From: Eledone cirrhosa | Taxonomy: Eukaryota | DNA: 64,000 nt | Assembly (NCBI GenBank): GCA_964016885.1 | Contig: OZ024742.1 | Coordinates: 104,904,001-104,968,000, forward strand | Direction of reading: 5' to 3' | Part shown: piece by piece, positions 51,770-64,000 of the stretch | Layout of the letters: each line of letters opens with the position of its first letter | Numbering within the stretch: position 1 is the stretch's first letter | Made by a program: the position numbers and the translations under genes | The notes under the pieces: generated by a model | Told to the model about the DNA's origin: nothing | The model's database searches: none | What the model saw: only the letters and a program-made list of their open reading frames with translations

Positions 51770-52000
51770 GCGACAGGGATATCTTTTCCAAGTAATATGT
51801 CCCTCAAGTGTTCTGTAAATCAGTCTGCCAGATGGCAGCTTGATTGTCCGATGTATTTGGACTTGCAAAGGAAACACTGGAGGTCATAGACTACATTGGT
51901 AGAGGTGAAGGTGAAGGAGTGGTGAATGTGAAAAGAATGGTTCATATCTGTGAGGGTGGTTATGTAGGGACAGTTATTACAGCTGGAGCAAGACCAGAGA
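51770..52000 (-). mobile_element. Penelope-like GIY-YIG endonuclease fragment
   Basis: CSSCNNCPYI...FTFTSTNVVYDLQCFLCKSKYIGQSSCHLAD. Confidence 0.8.
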
Positions 52001-53149
52001 TGGGAGCCAGGAGAAGTCATAGGGAGGAGGAGAAGGAACTGTGTACCGGAAGGTCGCAGAGATTATGGTTGCACTTAAAGGTGGTGATGGGTGGGTTTGG
52101 AAAGAAGTGAGAAGTGACAGGGTCAGAAACGAGGGATCAGAAATAAAGAAGGATATGGCAACACAGGGGTAGGGGAGGAAAGGAAGGCAAGTGTTGATGG
52201 GAATGATCATGTATGCAATGATATAATCCATGAGCGAATCTCTCTGGTTCCCTTTAACATGCTACAAAGATCAGCCAAATCTGAATCAAATTACACCAAC
52301 TACCTTTAAAAAGGAAGGATGTAGTCTTTGATCTACATATAGCCAGTTGATCATGGCTGGAAGGTTCTGATTATAGGTTTGCTCAATCAAGGCTCACTTT
52401 AGGCTAAACAACAAGAACTGTAAATGTTTCAAGCCAACAAGAAATCCTCTATGTTAGTAAATTTTAGCCCTTTCTCATTTACACCATTAGCTCAATAAAA
52501 ACTCCTATTCCTATGAAAAAAATTATATTTAAAATTCACGATATGTCACTATCAAAATATTATCTTTAAGATAGCATGTTAGCACTAGTTTAGAAAAAGG
52601 GTAATTTCTGCAATAATTAATGGTATTTTCAAATACATAATGCTTCCTGACACATCTTCTCAAAACATCACAAATATCAATACAATGTCTTTCTGGGGCG
52701 ATGAGAAAATAATTCAATTTTACATATTACTAATAAGAAAACAAGGAAGAAGAAAATTTGAACCACAAGCAGAATAGGTGTTAATTTGTTTGTGCCAAAT
52801 GACTGCTACTGATAAAGAGATCAAGAGACTCGGAGCATGAGAAGCATATTTTCTCACCAAAACAATACTACATGAGATGATGTTTCATATGGTTCTCAGT
52901 CAACAGATTTAAATGTACCTGACTACTATCATCACAGTCAAAACCTGACCAAAATGTATTTGACAATTATTTGGATCCTCTTTTAATTCCTGCTTTATCA
53001 TGTTTAAGAATATAGTGCAATGTCATTTCTTGGAAATAGAAATGGCATCTATTCACAATTCAAATACATAATACTTCATAACATATTTTCTCACTCACAC
53101 ACAGACACTCAGGCACACACACACACACATTCTACTATTCTCCTTTCTT

Positions 53150-53400
53150 AAGGCTCATTTGGCCGGTGCTTACCCCGGTTTCATGGTGTGAAGCAACTGA
53201 GAGTACAAGACTCCCCCCTGGACAGGACGCTAATCCATTGCAGGGTTAAACCTTCAGCTATTGCTGGTACTCATTTTCAGCTGAATATAATGGAGCAACG
53301 CGAAATTAAGTGTTTTGCTTATATTACGCAACCCAGGAATCGAACCCATGACATTATGATCGTAAGTCCAACACCCTTACCACTAGGCCACATGCCCCCA
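53150..53400 (-). mobile_element. tRNA-derived SINE with Nin/Deu-like body
   Basis: A box TGGCCTAGTGG, B box GGTTCGATTCC, CAGCTGAAAATGAGTACCAG, AACCCTGCAATGGATTAGCGTCCTGTCCAGGGG; second copy at 58721-58965 (+). Confidence 0.78.
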
Positions 53401-53782
53401 CACACATACACATATATATATATACACATGCACACACATATCGAGTTACAGTTGCTATGAAAAACAGAAACAGGAAACTTAGAATGACGATGGAGAGGAA
53501 CCTCCTCAGCTTTGAATAAATGAATATATGATGATGATATATACACACACACCTCCACATATACATACAGCTATATCCACATATGTATATGTGTGTGTGT
53601 GTGTGTGTGAGTGAGTGTGTGTGTGGATTATGGACAAATCATCTTGAAAGAAGCCATCACTCCTCATAAGGCTGTTAATTTGGATCAGTGTTTTCAAATT
53701 ACGGATATGAAATGAAGAAACTATTGAAATATCTTAACTGAGAATCAAACCTACGTCATAGATTTAGCTTGCTTTTGCTTAC

Positions 53783-53812
53783 CTGAAGAACTTACATCAA
53801 TTCTATGATACA
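53783..53812 (-). other. Candidate 30-nt microexon with two alternative donors
   Basis: Acceptor catctttcag; donors GAT|gtaagt and CAG|gtaagc. Confidence 0.25.
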
Positions 53813-54723
53813 CTGAAAGATGAACACATAAATACACACAAATTTTACAAACACATAAACACACACAAATTTTAATAATAAATTTAATAAACAATCATGA
53901 GCATATGGTGTTTTATATAAACAGTGCTGCAATGTTTTTACTGAATACTAAAAAAATATAAGAAAGAAAAAAGAATAAAAACAAAACAGCATAAAAAATA
54001 TACATATAGTATAAAATAAAAATAGAATAAAAATAAAACTACACATCCTCTTCTTCCTCTACTTGATACTACCACTTCATTTGTGTAGCAAACCATTTGT
54101 TGAATTGCTGGAATCACCTTATTAGAAGTAGAACATCCCAAAATATATGTGATCACCAGCTAGAAAGGTATTTGGTATTACTGCAACACACACACACACA
54201 CACCTACATACATACAGAATATATAACATAAATACATAAACATGTGTGTTTGTGTGTATATATATAAATAGCATCATCATCATCATCATCTATATATATG
54301 TATATAAAATCATCAGTTGACATACATTTTCCCTGCTAGCAAATAAACATGAATGTATATGTGTGTGTATTCATATGTATGTAGTATTTATATAAGTATA
54401 TAATCAGTTTTGATATGCAAGAGGGAAGATTGCACTGGTATGGACATGTAATGCATATGGATGATGATTGTTGGGTGAAGAAGTGCCAATAGATCCCAGT
54501 GGAAGGACGCTACAGTAGATGATGACCGAAAAACAGCTGGACAGAAGTGATGAGAGACTATCTCAAAAAGCTGAACCATTACAATGGCAATGACAAAGGA
54601 ACAAAGGAACATAAGTGTTAGTAAGCTGTGTTGAAAGAGATCTGTCCAACCCATACGAGCATTGAAAGTTTATTTATAAAATGATGATATATGTATATAT
54701 ATCATCATTATAAATATATCATC

Positions 54724-54798
<75 letters not shown>

Positions 54799-55086
54799 TT
54801 TGAGTATATGTTGGTTGTTTACCGACACCTCAGTATGCAGATTGGAGCACTCGACGAAGTACGCAGGTTGGTTTGTTTACTCCGGAGTAATGTAAAAGAA
54901 GTAAGTTAAACACACCCAGGCGCTGGACATATCGATGAATTGACAGAGTGGAACACATTTCAACAACATGTTTACCTGTCTGTTGCACATTAATTCGTAC
55001 TGCCTGAAGAGGTCACAGCCAATAATATAGCAGAGAATTTATAATAAACGAAGCCAAATTTGACTTACTTATTTTATATATGTATG

Positions 55087-55087
<1 letters not shown>

Positions 55088-55117
<30 letters not shown>

Positions 55118-56030
55118 TTTACGTCCGCTCTTCCCTGCTTGCAAGGGTAGGACGGGTCTTATTCAGCACAGCATCTCTCCACTCGTCACGGTCCTTTGTC
55201 ATCTACACCATGAGCTTCAGCGATCTGAGGTCTGTTCTCACCACCTCCGCCCATGTTTTTCGTGGTCTACCTCTACCACGTCTTCCTTCAACTGGCATTT
55301 CCTGGCACTTCTTCACCCATCAGTCATCCTCCATGCGCATCACATGTCCATACCACCTCAGTCTCCTCTCCCGTACACTACATTCTATCCCTCTCAAACA
55401 GTTTCTCTCTCAACACATTCATGCTGGGTCGTTCACGCACATTGACACTGCACATCCAACGGAGCATGCTTGCCTCATTTCTCTCCAGCCATCGCAAATC
55501 CTCTGCAGTTGCTGCCCATGTCTCACTACCATGCAGCATCGCGCTCCTCACACAGGCATCATATAACCGGCCTTTCGTACGCAGGGAGAAACCCTTCTTC
55601 GTCAGCAGAGGAAGCAGCTCCCTAAACTTCTTCCAACCCGTCCTTATTCTAGATACTATGGCCTCGGAACACCCCCCTCCCATGCTAATCTGATCACCTA
55701 GGTACCGGAAGCTATCCACCACTTCTATAGCACCCGCCTGCATTTGAAAAATGTGTCTATCAGTGCGACTTCTACTGTCTAATTTCCCTGTACATCTACT
55801 GCATACATATTTCTCCCTACCTGTTAGTTTGCCTGCTATCCCGCTACATCTCTTGTGTACCCAGGATCTGCATTGTGTGCATTTTATAGAATTTATGCCA
55901 GTTCCTTTTCTGCATATCGAACATGGCCATTTCCCTGATGGAATGAGAGTTTTGTCCTCTTTTCTACTCATCAACACTTTTGTCTTAGCTAGGTTCACTC
56001 TCAGTCCTCTTGCTTCCAACTGCTGTTTTC
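55088..56030 (-). mobile_element. Second RTE-PHD family, 5'-truncated 3' fragment
   Basis: GLRVNLAKTKV..WPCSICRKGTGINSIKCTQCRSWVHKRCSG..CSRC..FRYLG..LHGSETW; short tail directly after the ORF, then (GAT)n. Confidence 0.92.
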
Positions 56031-56044
56031 ATATGTATGTATAA

Positions 56045-56610
56045 TAATTATAATAGAATATAAAAGAAAAACGAACACAGATATATACATATATGTGTTC
56101 AAATCGTAAGGGACCTTATTCGCTAAGGTGAAAAGAATACTAACTATAGACAATTGGGTTTGCTTGTCTCAATTTAAGAAAAAATTAAGAAAATAAATAC
56201 AAACCGGAATTGTGGTAACTTCCAATCGCCCAGACAACTTGTTGTTTCACAAAGTTAATTGTGAATAGAAATACCAATCCAAGCTCATCAGTGGGTGATG
56301 AATTAGTATCCTAGACACATCTAAGTATGCTATATATAAAATACATAAAACAGCACACATGGCATCCTAGCTTGGATTGGTATTTCTATTCACAATTAAC
56401 TTTGTGAAACAACAACAAGTTGTCTGGGTGATTGGTAGTTACCACAATTCTGGTTAGTATTTATTTTCTTAATTTTTTCTTAAATTGAGACAAGCGAACC
56501 CTATTGTCTATAGGTAGTATTCTTTTCACCTTAGCGAATCAGGTCCCTTACAATTTGAACACATATGTATATGTCTGTGTTCGTTTTTCTTTTATATTCT
56601 ATTATAATAT
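56045..56610. mobile_element. ~240-bp inverted repeat (putative Penelope-like inverted pLTRs)
   Basis: 56048-56285 is the reverse complement of 56369-56608 with ~80-bp spacer; contains a hammerhead motif. Confidence 0.85.
56225..56299 (-). ncRNA. Type I hammerhead ribozyme motif
   Basis: ATCACCCA-CTGATGA-G...T-GAAA-CAAC AA GTTG-TC^TGGG(C/T)GAT: stem I, intact core boxes, stem III and GUC site; stem II atypical. Confidence 0.65.
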
Positions 56611-56999
56611 ACGGCTCAGAAATATCTCTTTCTTAGAGCTATTTTATTGTAAGAGACTATTTTGAGTTCCTAACTCAATATATACCTTTGATGTATGTAT
56701 ATATATGTTTCATTTTTGTATTTGTTTTTGCAACATTTTTTATATGAAAACGTATGTTGAAAAAGATATTATATTTTGGGCGGGTCATGCTGCCAATAAA
56801 AACATATGCACCTGCTGAGTTTTACTTCAATTTATTATAATTGGTTAAGCAACAAATTTTTCTGATGGTTTAATAACCAGGTGGTTCTTTAGTTGTTAAT
56901 TGTCAAAGCTCTTTTGTCACACATTCTGTGAATTCTTCAGTGATTACTTTTGTAAATTTGTCTCTTCTTTGTTCTGCTTTACACCATCTGAAGATGATG

Positions 57000-57118
<119 letters not shown>

Positions 57119-57589
57119 TATAAACCAATCGCTGTCCAGTAGTGTAAGAGACAAGAAACAAAATATTAATTTATAGCAATTAACCTACAACAAGTATTTG
57201 ATTCTATGAAACAAATCTACCTAGTTTAAAGCTCTCCTACTTGTATCAAAATCTTTCAATCTAATTTTTCTACAAGAAACATTTTTTAAGTTACTATCTT
57301 AGTAATGAAATAAATAATTTTAATAAATCCTCAAAATTCCTTATATATACATTTTTACTCAGCTGTAGAAATGAGATGATAGGGACTGGGGTCCCTATCA
57401 TTCCACTGTAAAGTGGACGCGTAGGCGCCACAGAAAAAAAGCACCCAGCACTCATTGTAAATGGGGTTGGTGTTAGGAAGGGCATTCAGCTCAGCTGTAG
57501 AAATCATGCCAGAATCAGTTCCCCACCTACCATTGCAAGCAGGGAAAAGCGGACGTAAAATGAAATGATGATGATGATGATGATATGCC

Positions 57590-58390
57590 CTTTTTCTAGT
57601 GAGGTAACTAGAAGAGAAGTTCCTAACCAAAAATAAGCTGCTATATTTTGCTTTTGTTGATCCAGAAAAGGCCTTTGACAGAGTACCTTGATCGGTTATC
57701 TGGTGGTCCTTAAAGAAATTAGTTGTAGAAGAATGGCTTGTGAGAGCATTGCAAGCCATGTACAGAGGAGCTGTCAGTAAAGTGAGAGTAGGAAATGAGT
57801 TTAGTGAGGCATTCAAAGTTTGAGTAGGAGTGCATCCAGGTTTGGTTTTCAGCTCATTGCTGTTCAACATAGTTCACCAGGCCTTAACAGAGGAGTTTAA
57901 GACTGGCTATCCATGGGAACTTCTTTACATGGATTGACCTGGTTTTTATAGCTGAATCATTAAAAGAATTAGAAAATACTATGGAAACAGGATTTGGAAT
58001 CAAAAGGTCTGAGAGTAAACTTAGCCAAAACTAAAGTGTTAGTGAGTAGGGAAGAAGATAGGACCCTACATACAAAAGGATGACTGTATGACGCCTGTGT
58101 GTGAGGTGCGATGCTGCATGGTAGTGAAACATGGGCTGTGACTGTAGAAGACATGCATAGACTGGATAGAAATGAAGCAACCATGCTTTGTTAGATGTGC
58201 AATGTAAGTGGGAGAAAAAGACAGAGCTTGGACAAGCTGAGGGCAAAGGTTGTGAGAGCTGACATCAAATTGTTAAGACGCACAGAGAAGGTGATGAAGG
58301 AATGTAATGAGTGGAGAGATGCTGTGCTGAGAAGAATCCATCTAACCTATGCAAGTGGGGAAAAATGGATGAAAAACGATGATGATGATA
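57590..58390 (+). mobile_element. Degenerate RTE with internal deletion removing the PHD region
   Basis: FVDPEKAFDRVP, FKTGYPWELLYMD, KTKVLVSREEDRTL then jumps to LYDACV..LHGSETW. Confidence 0.85.
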
Positions 58391-59121
58391 ATAATGAAAT
58401 CGAGTGTATTTCATTAGAAATATGTTATGAAAGGATTAAGACATGTATGACGTACAAATGTTGAAAGGTGTACTCAAACTATGTCATAGAGTGCATTCAT
58501 TCATTCTGATGATTTATTTTGTTGTTACTCTGAGTGTCTTGTTTTATGCATTTGTTTTTGCTGCCCGAATGTTTGACAGCCTCCACATGAAATTAACATG
58601 AAATTCTCAGGGAGATTAAAAGTGACACACTAGCCCTTTGAAGTATGGGTACTACTCATTTTTGTCAACAGGATGCACAAAAGCAATGTGAAATAAATGG
58701 CTTGCACAAGGACACAGAAGAGGAGGCAGGTGACTTAGTAGTAAGAGAGCTGGACTTACAATCATAATATCATGGATTGGGTTGTGTGTTGTGCTCTTAA
58801 GCAAAACACTTCATTTCACGTTCTCCAGTATACTCAGCTGAAAATGATACCAGCAATAGCTGGGGGTTTAACCCTGCAATGGACTGACATCCTGTCCAGG
58901 GGGAGGTCTTCTAATCTCAGTCGCTTCCCATGACAGAAACTGGGATAAGCACCGTCCTGATAAGGTTTGAGACAGTCCTTATACAAGGAGACAGTGCACC
59001 ACCAAAAATCGAACTTATGAGCTGACGATCATAAATCGAACATCATAACCACAAGGAAAGAGACTTGGAATAGCAATGGAGTGAATCATCATTTTGGAAT
59101 ATATATATTTATTTATATATA

Positions 59122-59154
<33 letters not shown>

Positions 59155-59316
59155 TTCACACATTGGTTATAAACACAAATACTTACATAGTCATAAAGTA
59201 CTTATATATCTCTCACACACACACAGTTATATGTGAAACCATTATAAACATACACATATATAGAAGCAAGCATAGACGCACAATGTAAACAGGTAAATGC
59301 CACTATATTGCACTTG

Positions 59317-59382
<66 letters not shown>

Positions 59383-59577
59383 TGTATATATATATACTGT
59401 ATATATATATATATATAAACTAAGGGACACACATATACAACAGATGTTGACATACATAAAGCTGGAAATAAATATATACACACATTGTAGCTCTTGTTTA
59501 TATACAAACATACTAAATCACATATATACAACAAATACACACATACACATGCATGCACACATATTTGCAAGAGAAAG

Positions 59578-59582
59578 AGAGG

Positions 59583-59637
<55 letters not shown>

Positions 59638-59722
59638 TGGAGAGAGAGAGGTGGAGAGAGAGAGGTTGGAGAGAGAGAGGTTGGAGAGAGAGGGAGAGAA
59701 AGAGAGAGAGAGCGAGAGAGAG
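59578..59722. repeat. (GA)n microsatellite with GGTTG interruptions
   Basis: Direct reading. Confidence 0.9.
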
Positions 59723-59857
59723 TTACTATGCAGGTGAGTAGACTTACTCTTAGATCTGACAAATAAAAAGAAAGTTAAATTAAGAAACAGGTGCCAAGAT
59801 GAAACATATTCTGGTAGACACTTGTAGAATATTGAGGTTATCATAGTTTAGTTTGTT

Positions 59858-60245
59858 AGTGGTAGTGGTGGTGGTTGTGGTGGTAGTAGAGGAGGTGAAG
59901 CACTTTGTTATTGTTGGTGGTGATGATGGTGAGATTGATGATGGTGGTAATGTAGATGGTGACGTTGATGATGATGGTGGTAGACATGAAGCAGTTTGTT
60001 GGTGGTGATGGTGAGATTGATGATGGTGGTGGTGATAGTAGAGGTTGTGATAATGATGATTGTAGTGGTTGTGGTGATGGTGATGGTGATGGTGATGGTA
60101 GTGGTTGTGGTGATGATGATGGTGGTGGTTGTGGTGATGACGATGGTAGCGGTTGTGGTGATGATGTTGGTAGTGGTTGTGCTGCTGGTGATGGTAGTGG
60201 TTGTGGTGATGGTGATGGTGATGGTAGTGGTTGTGGTGATGGTGA
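59858..60245. repeat. (GGT/GAT)n low-complexity trinucleotide tract
   Basis: Direct reading. Confidence 0.85.
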
Positions 60246-60539
60246 AGAACATAGACAATGTTTTATGGGTGTTGTGCTATGGCAATAGTGATAATGCTAT
60301 TATAATGATGATACTAATTCTTCCACTAATATATCTGACAAATAAACATCAGTCACAGAAGAAGCAACAACAATAAAAACAACAACACCAACTAAAACAA
60401 CCAAAGAAAAAAATAAACATCAGTAACTGCACAGTTATTCAATCTGCAAAAAATAGTTGCCAAATTTCCCTTAAATCACATCCTATCGTCTTAAAAAAGA
60501 AAGAATACATAATAAAATGTAGTTCTTGATATACAGAAA

Positions 60540-60808
60540 AAGAACATAGGTAGATGTGATTGCTACCAGTCTATTTCCTACAGTTAATCTAAGCTTGATG
60601 ATTCTGTCACTTACTCTAACTATCTCTATCACCTTATCTATCCATTTCTCTGATAGTAAGATGTCTATAACTCCTCCCCCACTGAGATTTCCTACCCAGT
60701 AGAGTTTATATCTAAGTTGCTTGCCCGTGATTAGTCTCGCCGAGGCACCCCTCCATCTCAATTCTTGTACACAGCATATATCTACTTCTCTTCTCTCTAA
60801 CAGTTCCA
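60540..60808 (-). mobile_element. RTE AP-endonuclease N-terminal fragment
   Basis: LERREVDICCVQELRWRGASAR..GGGVIDILL..RVSDRII..ITSTY. Confidence 0.85.
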
Positions 60809-60890
60809 ATGAAACAACATCCTAGAAATGCACACACTACTATCTTAAAAACTGAAAATTATATTTGATTATGTCATCTGAGGTACACTA

Positions 60891-61082
60891 CGAGGATTGC
60901 TGAAATGTTCATAGGCTGACTATGAAGGATTGATACTAGAGCTGTGAAATCTTGCATGCATTAATTTCAACCCTTCTTATTAATAATTGCATTGTTTCTT
61001 TCCAGGGACTATGTTGAAAAAATCATTTGGTTATTCCATTATAGTATCTTGGTCAGCCTATGAACTTTTCAGCTGACCCTTG
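60891..61082. mobile_element. mariner-type MITE with TA target duplication
   Basis: TIRs CGAGGATTGCTGAAATGTTCATAGGCTGAC / GTCAGCCTATGAACTTTTCAGCTGACCCTTG. Confidence 0.85.
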
Positions 61083-63869
61083 TATTACTGAAAAAGGGCA
61101 GGATGATCATAGCTAAAATTCCTTTAACCCCTTTAACACCAAACCCCCTAAAACTACTTCTGGTTCTATGGCATAAAACAACTTGTTTTGAAGTGTTTGT
61201 ATTTATATAAAACTTTCCATTATAATTTTAATTATGTTCCAAACACCAGATTAATAATGTGAAAGTTATTTTATATTTCAAGAGGTTATATATAATTTCT
61301 TTCTCTCACACATACATATATAGTAGAAAACAAGAGAAGAAAGGAAGGTGTGGGGAGACCCATACACTCAATCACATGCCATAACAAGAAGCACAGGAGC
61401 TTCTCTCTAATAATTTTTTATGCAATTCCTTGGAATTCTTTATCATTTACAAAATTAACTGAAAAATCATAGGCAGTGTCTTTCTTTAGAAATATGTTAA
61501 GGAAAGGTTTTAATCATAAATCTGTTCTGTCATGGCTGACATAGAGCTAAAACCGTTTGTAATTGAAGATTATGTGTTAGATGCACTTTTGTCTGAAAAG
61601 TCTGACTGTTCAAAGATATTACTAAGTAATATAATTATGTATGCCAATGATTATGAGTGAAAACATAAATGTATAATCATCAGATAGAATGCTTTAGAGT
61701 ATTTTTACCAGCTCTCTGCGATCTGAGTTCAATTCCTGCAAAGGTCAACTTTGCCTTTCATCCTTTAGAGGTTGATAAAAAATATATACCAGTCCAGACC
61801 TGGAGACAATTATTCCTCTGTATCTCTTTCTCACTTCCTCAGTTTCACTTTCTTTCTTTAGAAGAAATTAGCAGTATTCACCCCTGCAAAGGGATGATCT
61901 CTGCTAGGTTTAAAGTGCCCAAGGCACATCATATGTCACTACAGCACCCCTTTGACTCAATCGGGAGTTGCAGATCCATACATATATAATCTGGGTCAAG
62001 AGGCTGTAAAGTTTGAAGTAGTTTTCCATAGATGTTATCATTACCACTGATTTTGAATAAAATGTCCATGTTTGGAGACCTATCTGTCTGCTTTTCAATC
62101 TCTCTGTTTAGATATCTATCTATCTTCATCTCACCTGTCTATACACTTAAGCATCAAAACCTAAATCAACAACAAAATGTCTGTTGTGTTATACTATTTT
62201 TATGCTTTGCCATTTTAATATATTATTTTCTCACATTTCTATACACACCTTATAACTGCATCAACTAGAACATCCACATCCCTAGAAACAGGGAGATGGT
62301 AATGTCACTGGGGTGATATTCTTCACCACAAGTATAATATTAATGAAAATTATTGTGTACAGTGCTCAAGTGCACTACAACATATCAGAGGTGCATGTTA
62401 GGCAATAATTGACCAAAAAATGGTAAGTGTGCATCTGTGACAATTATACAGGTTTACTTCATTGCCCACATTCAAGACATGACCTTCATTCTGATCCCAA
62501 GGTGAATTTTAAGCTCTTTCAAAATGGTGAGATTTCTTTATTTCCTCCTTAGCAAAGGTGGAAAGGGTAGTGTCCTTTTACGGCCTCTGAGAGGGCACGA
62601 GAAAATTATCCTCAAACCAGGGACCTGAACAAAATGCTTACAACTGAGTGGACTCTGCTAAACACTTGCAAGAATTAGAAGGTAGAATTAAACTCAGTGA
62701 TATGTTAAGTCATATTGAGGCAAGGTTGTTCAGGTGTCTATGGTTTACCCATGCATTCTTGATTTTCTGTTTCTGGATGCCCCTCTTAAGACCTAACTTC
62801 CTAACCTGCACTGGCATCTTTTCTTATGACACCAGTACAAACACATTACAGGATGAACAGGGTGCTTTTTGTCATGGTATCAGCACGACCACCATACAAA
62901 GCAGACTGGGTACTTTTTGATACAGTACCAGCATGACATCCTTACAGAGTAGACTGGGTGTTTTTTTTGTTTTTTTTTTTGTGGCACCAGTACGATCACA
63001 TGACAGGGTGGACTGGGTCTTTTTTGTTGTGCCTGCCACACAGAGAGAGACAGATGGTTATAGCAATAGATAGAAGACAGATTTAGAAATTGAACAAATG
63101 AGTAAATGTTTTGTTGAACGTAAAATGAAATGTAAACTAATAGACTGACATATGGGCAGACAGGAACATCTACAAATTGGTATTTGTTACCTTCAAGAAT
63201 CCTATAGTACAGTTAAAACAATCATTACTCTTTATTTCTACACTGCTTTATACACTGTGAGATTGATAAATTGCTTGGTTACATTGCAGTACTGGAATTA
63301 ATTTAATGCAAATTAGGTTTTGATGTGTTTTTAGACAGAATTTGATTTAATCAGACATTATGGAAACTAAATTTGTAGTACGCGACATAGAGCAAGAAGT
63401 AAACTGAAACAAGCAGAGATTCTGATGTGATTTCAATATGTTTTAACCCTTTCATTATCAACCTGCTCAAAACTACTTCTGGTTCAATGAAACAAAACCT
63501 CTAATTTTCCTAAATTACAAGCAATTCTAAATTAGCTGCTACAATTGTTTTTATCAAATATTACAATGATTCCTATAGCTCACACCTTACAAAATGTGTA
63601 TCACCCAATGTACCCACCATCCCATCATTATCCTTATTCTTTTGTACGTACACACACACATACACACATATACATATATATATAATTCAATAACACCAAG
63701 GATTAGTATTATTAGTATTTATTTTTACATCGCTACAGGCATTTCAATGTGGCTAGAGTATGTCACCAATCTCTGCTACTATGACTGTTTGCTACTGAAG
63801 AACAATTGTAAAAAAGTGCATTGAGTTTAACTCATCTTACTAATAGTACACTATAACCTCATATATTAC

Positions 63870-63922
<53 letters not shown>

Positions 63923-63925
<3 letters not shown>

Positions 63926-64000
63926 AACAAGTATGACCCCAACGGCAGAGCTCAAGCCATTTCGACGGCTAATTCTGTCCAGAATTAGCCGTCAAAACAG
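63923..64000. mobile_element. (TA)n-embedded fold-back element, copy 3 (runs off window end)
   Basis: Matches 41901 onward; GACGGCTAATTCTG-TC-CAGAATTAGCCGTC hairpin centre. Confidence 0.8.

Noticed and set aside
54990-55070. Hammerhead starting at CTGAAGA (55004); also 56988
   Set aside because: No correctly placed GAAA box or supporting stems
59722-59740. Strong plus-strand donor ATGCAG|GTGAGT after (GA)n
   Set aside because: Isolated motif with no acceptor, promoter or partner exon evidence

Overview
AT-rich, microsatellite-dense eukaryotic DNA that is essentially intronic or intergenic. The SINE and MITE families resemble those I recall from octopod cephalopods (inference). No complete host gene can be supported; only a few weak candidate exons were seen. 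The window is mostly transposable elements: (1) a 1-11 kb nest in an (AAT)n microsatellite with a full-length Tx1-clade LINE, a second Tx1, several R4/Dong LINE pieces and tRNA-derived SINEs; (2) RTE-clade LINEs with a PHD finger inside the RT C-terminal region, two of which form a ~3.2 kb inverted duplication (25.5-28.8 kb and 35.0-38.2 kb); (3) bipartite non-autonomous RTE elements; (4) Penelope-like elements with inverted pseudo-LTRs and hammerhead-ribozyme motifs, plus a recurring (TA)n-embedded fold-back element; (5) a CRE LINE relic, a non-autonomous Helitron and mariner/Tigger/piggyBac-like MITEs. The most interesting signals are a putative Tx1-SINE partnership that targets AAT with opposite polarity to Dong, hammerhead-bearing inverted elements, and an RTE that seems to have captured a SINE 3' half. 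All comparisons were made by eye; most long ORFs in the track outside the LINEs are microsatellite artefacts.
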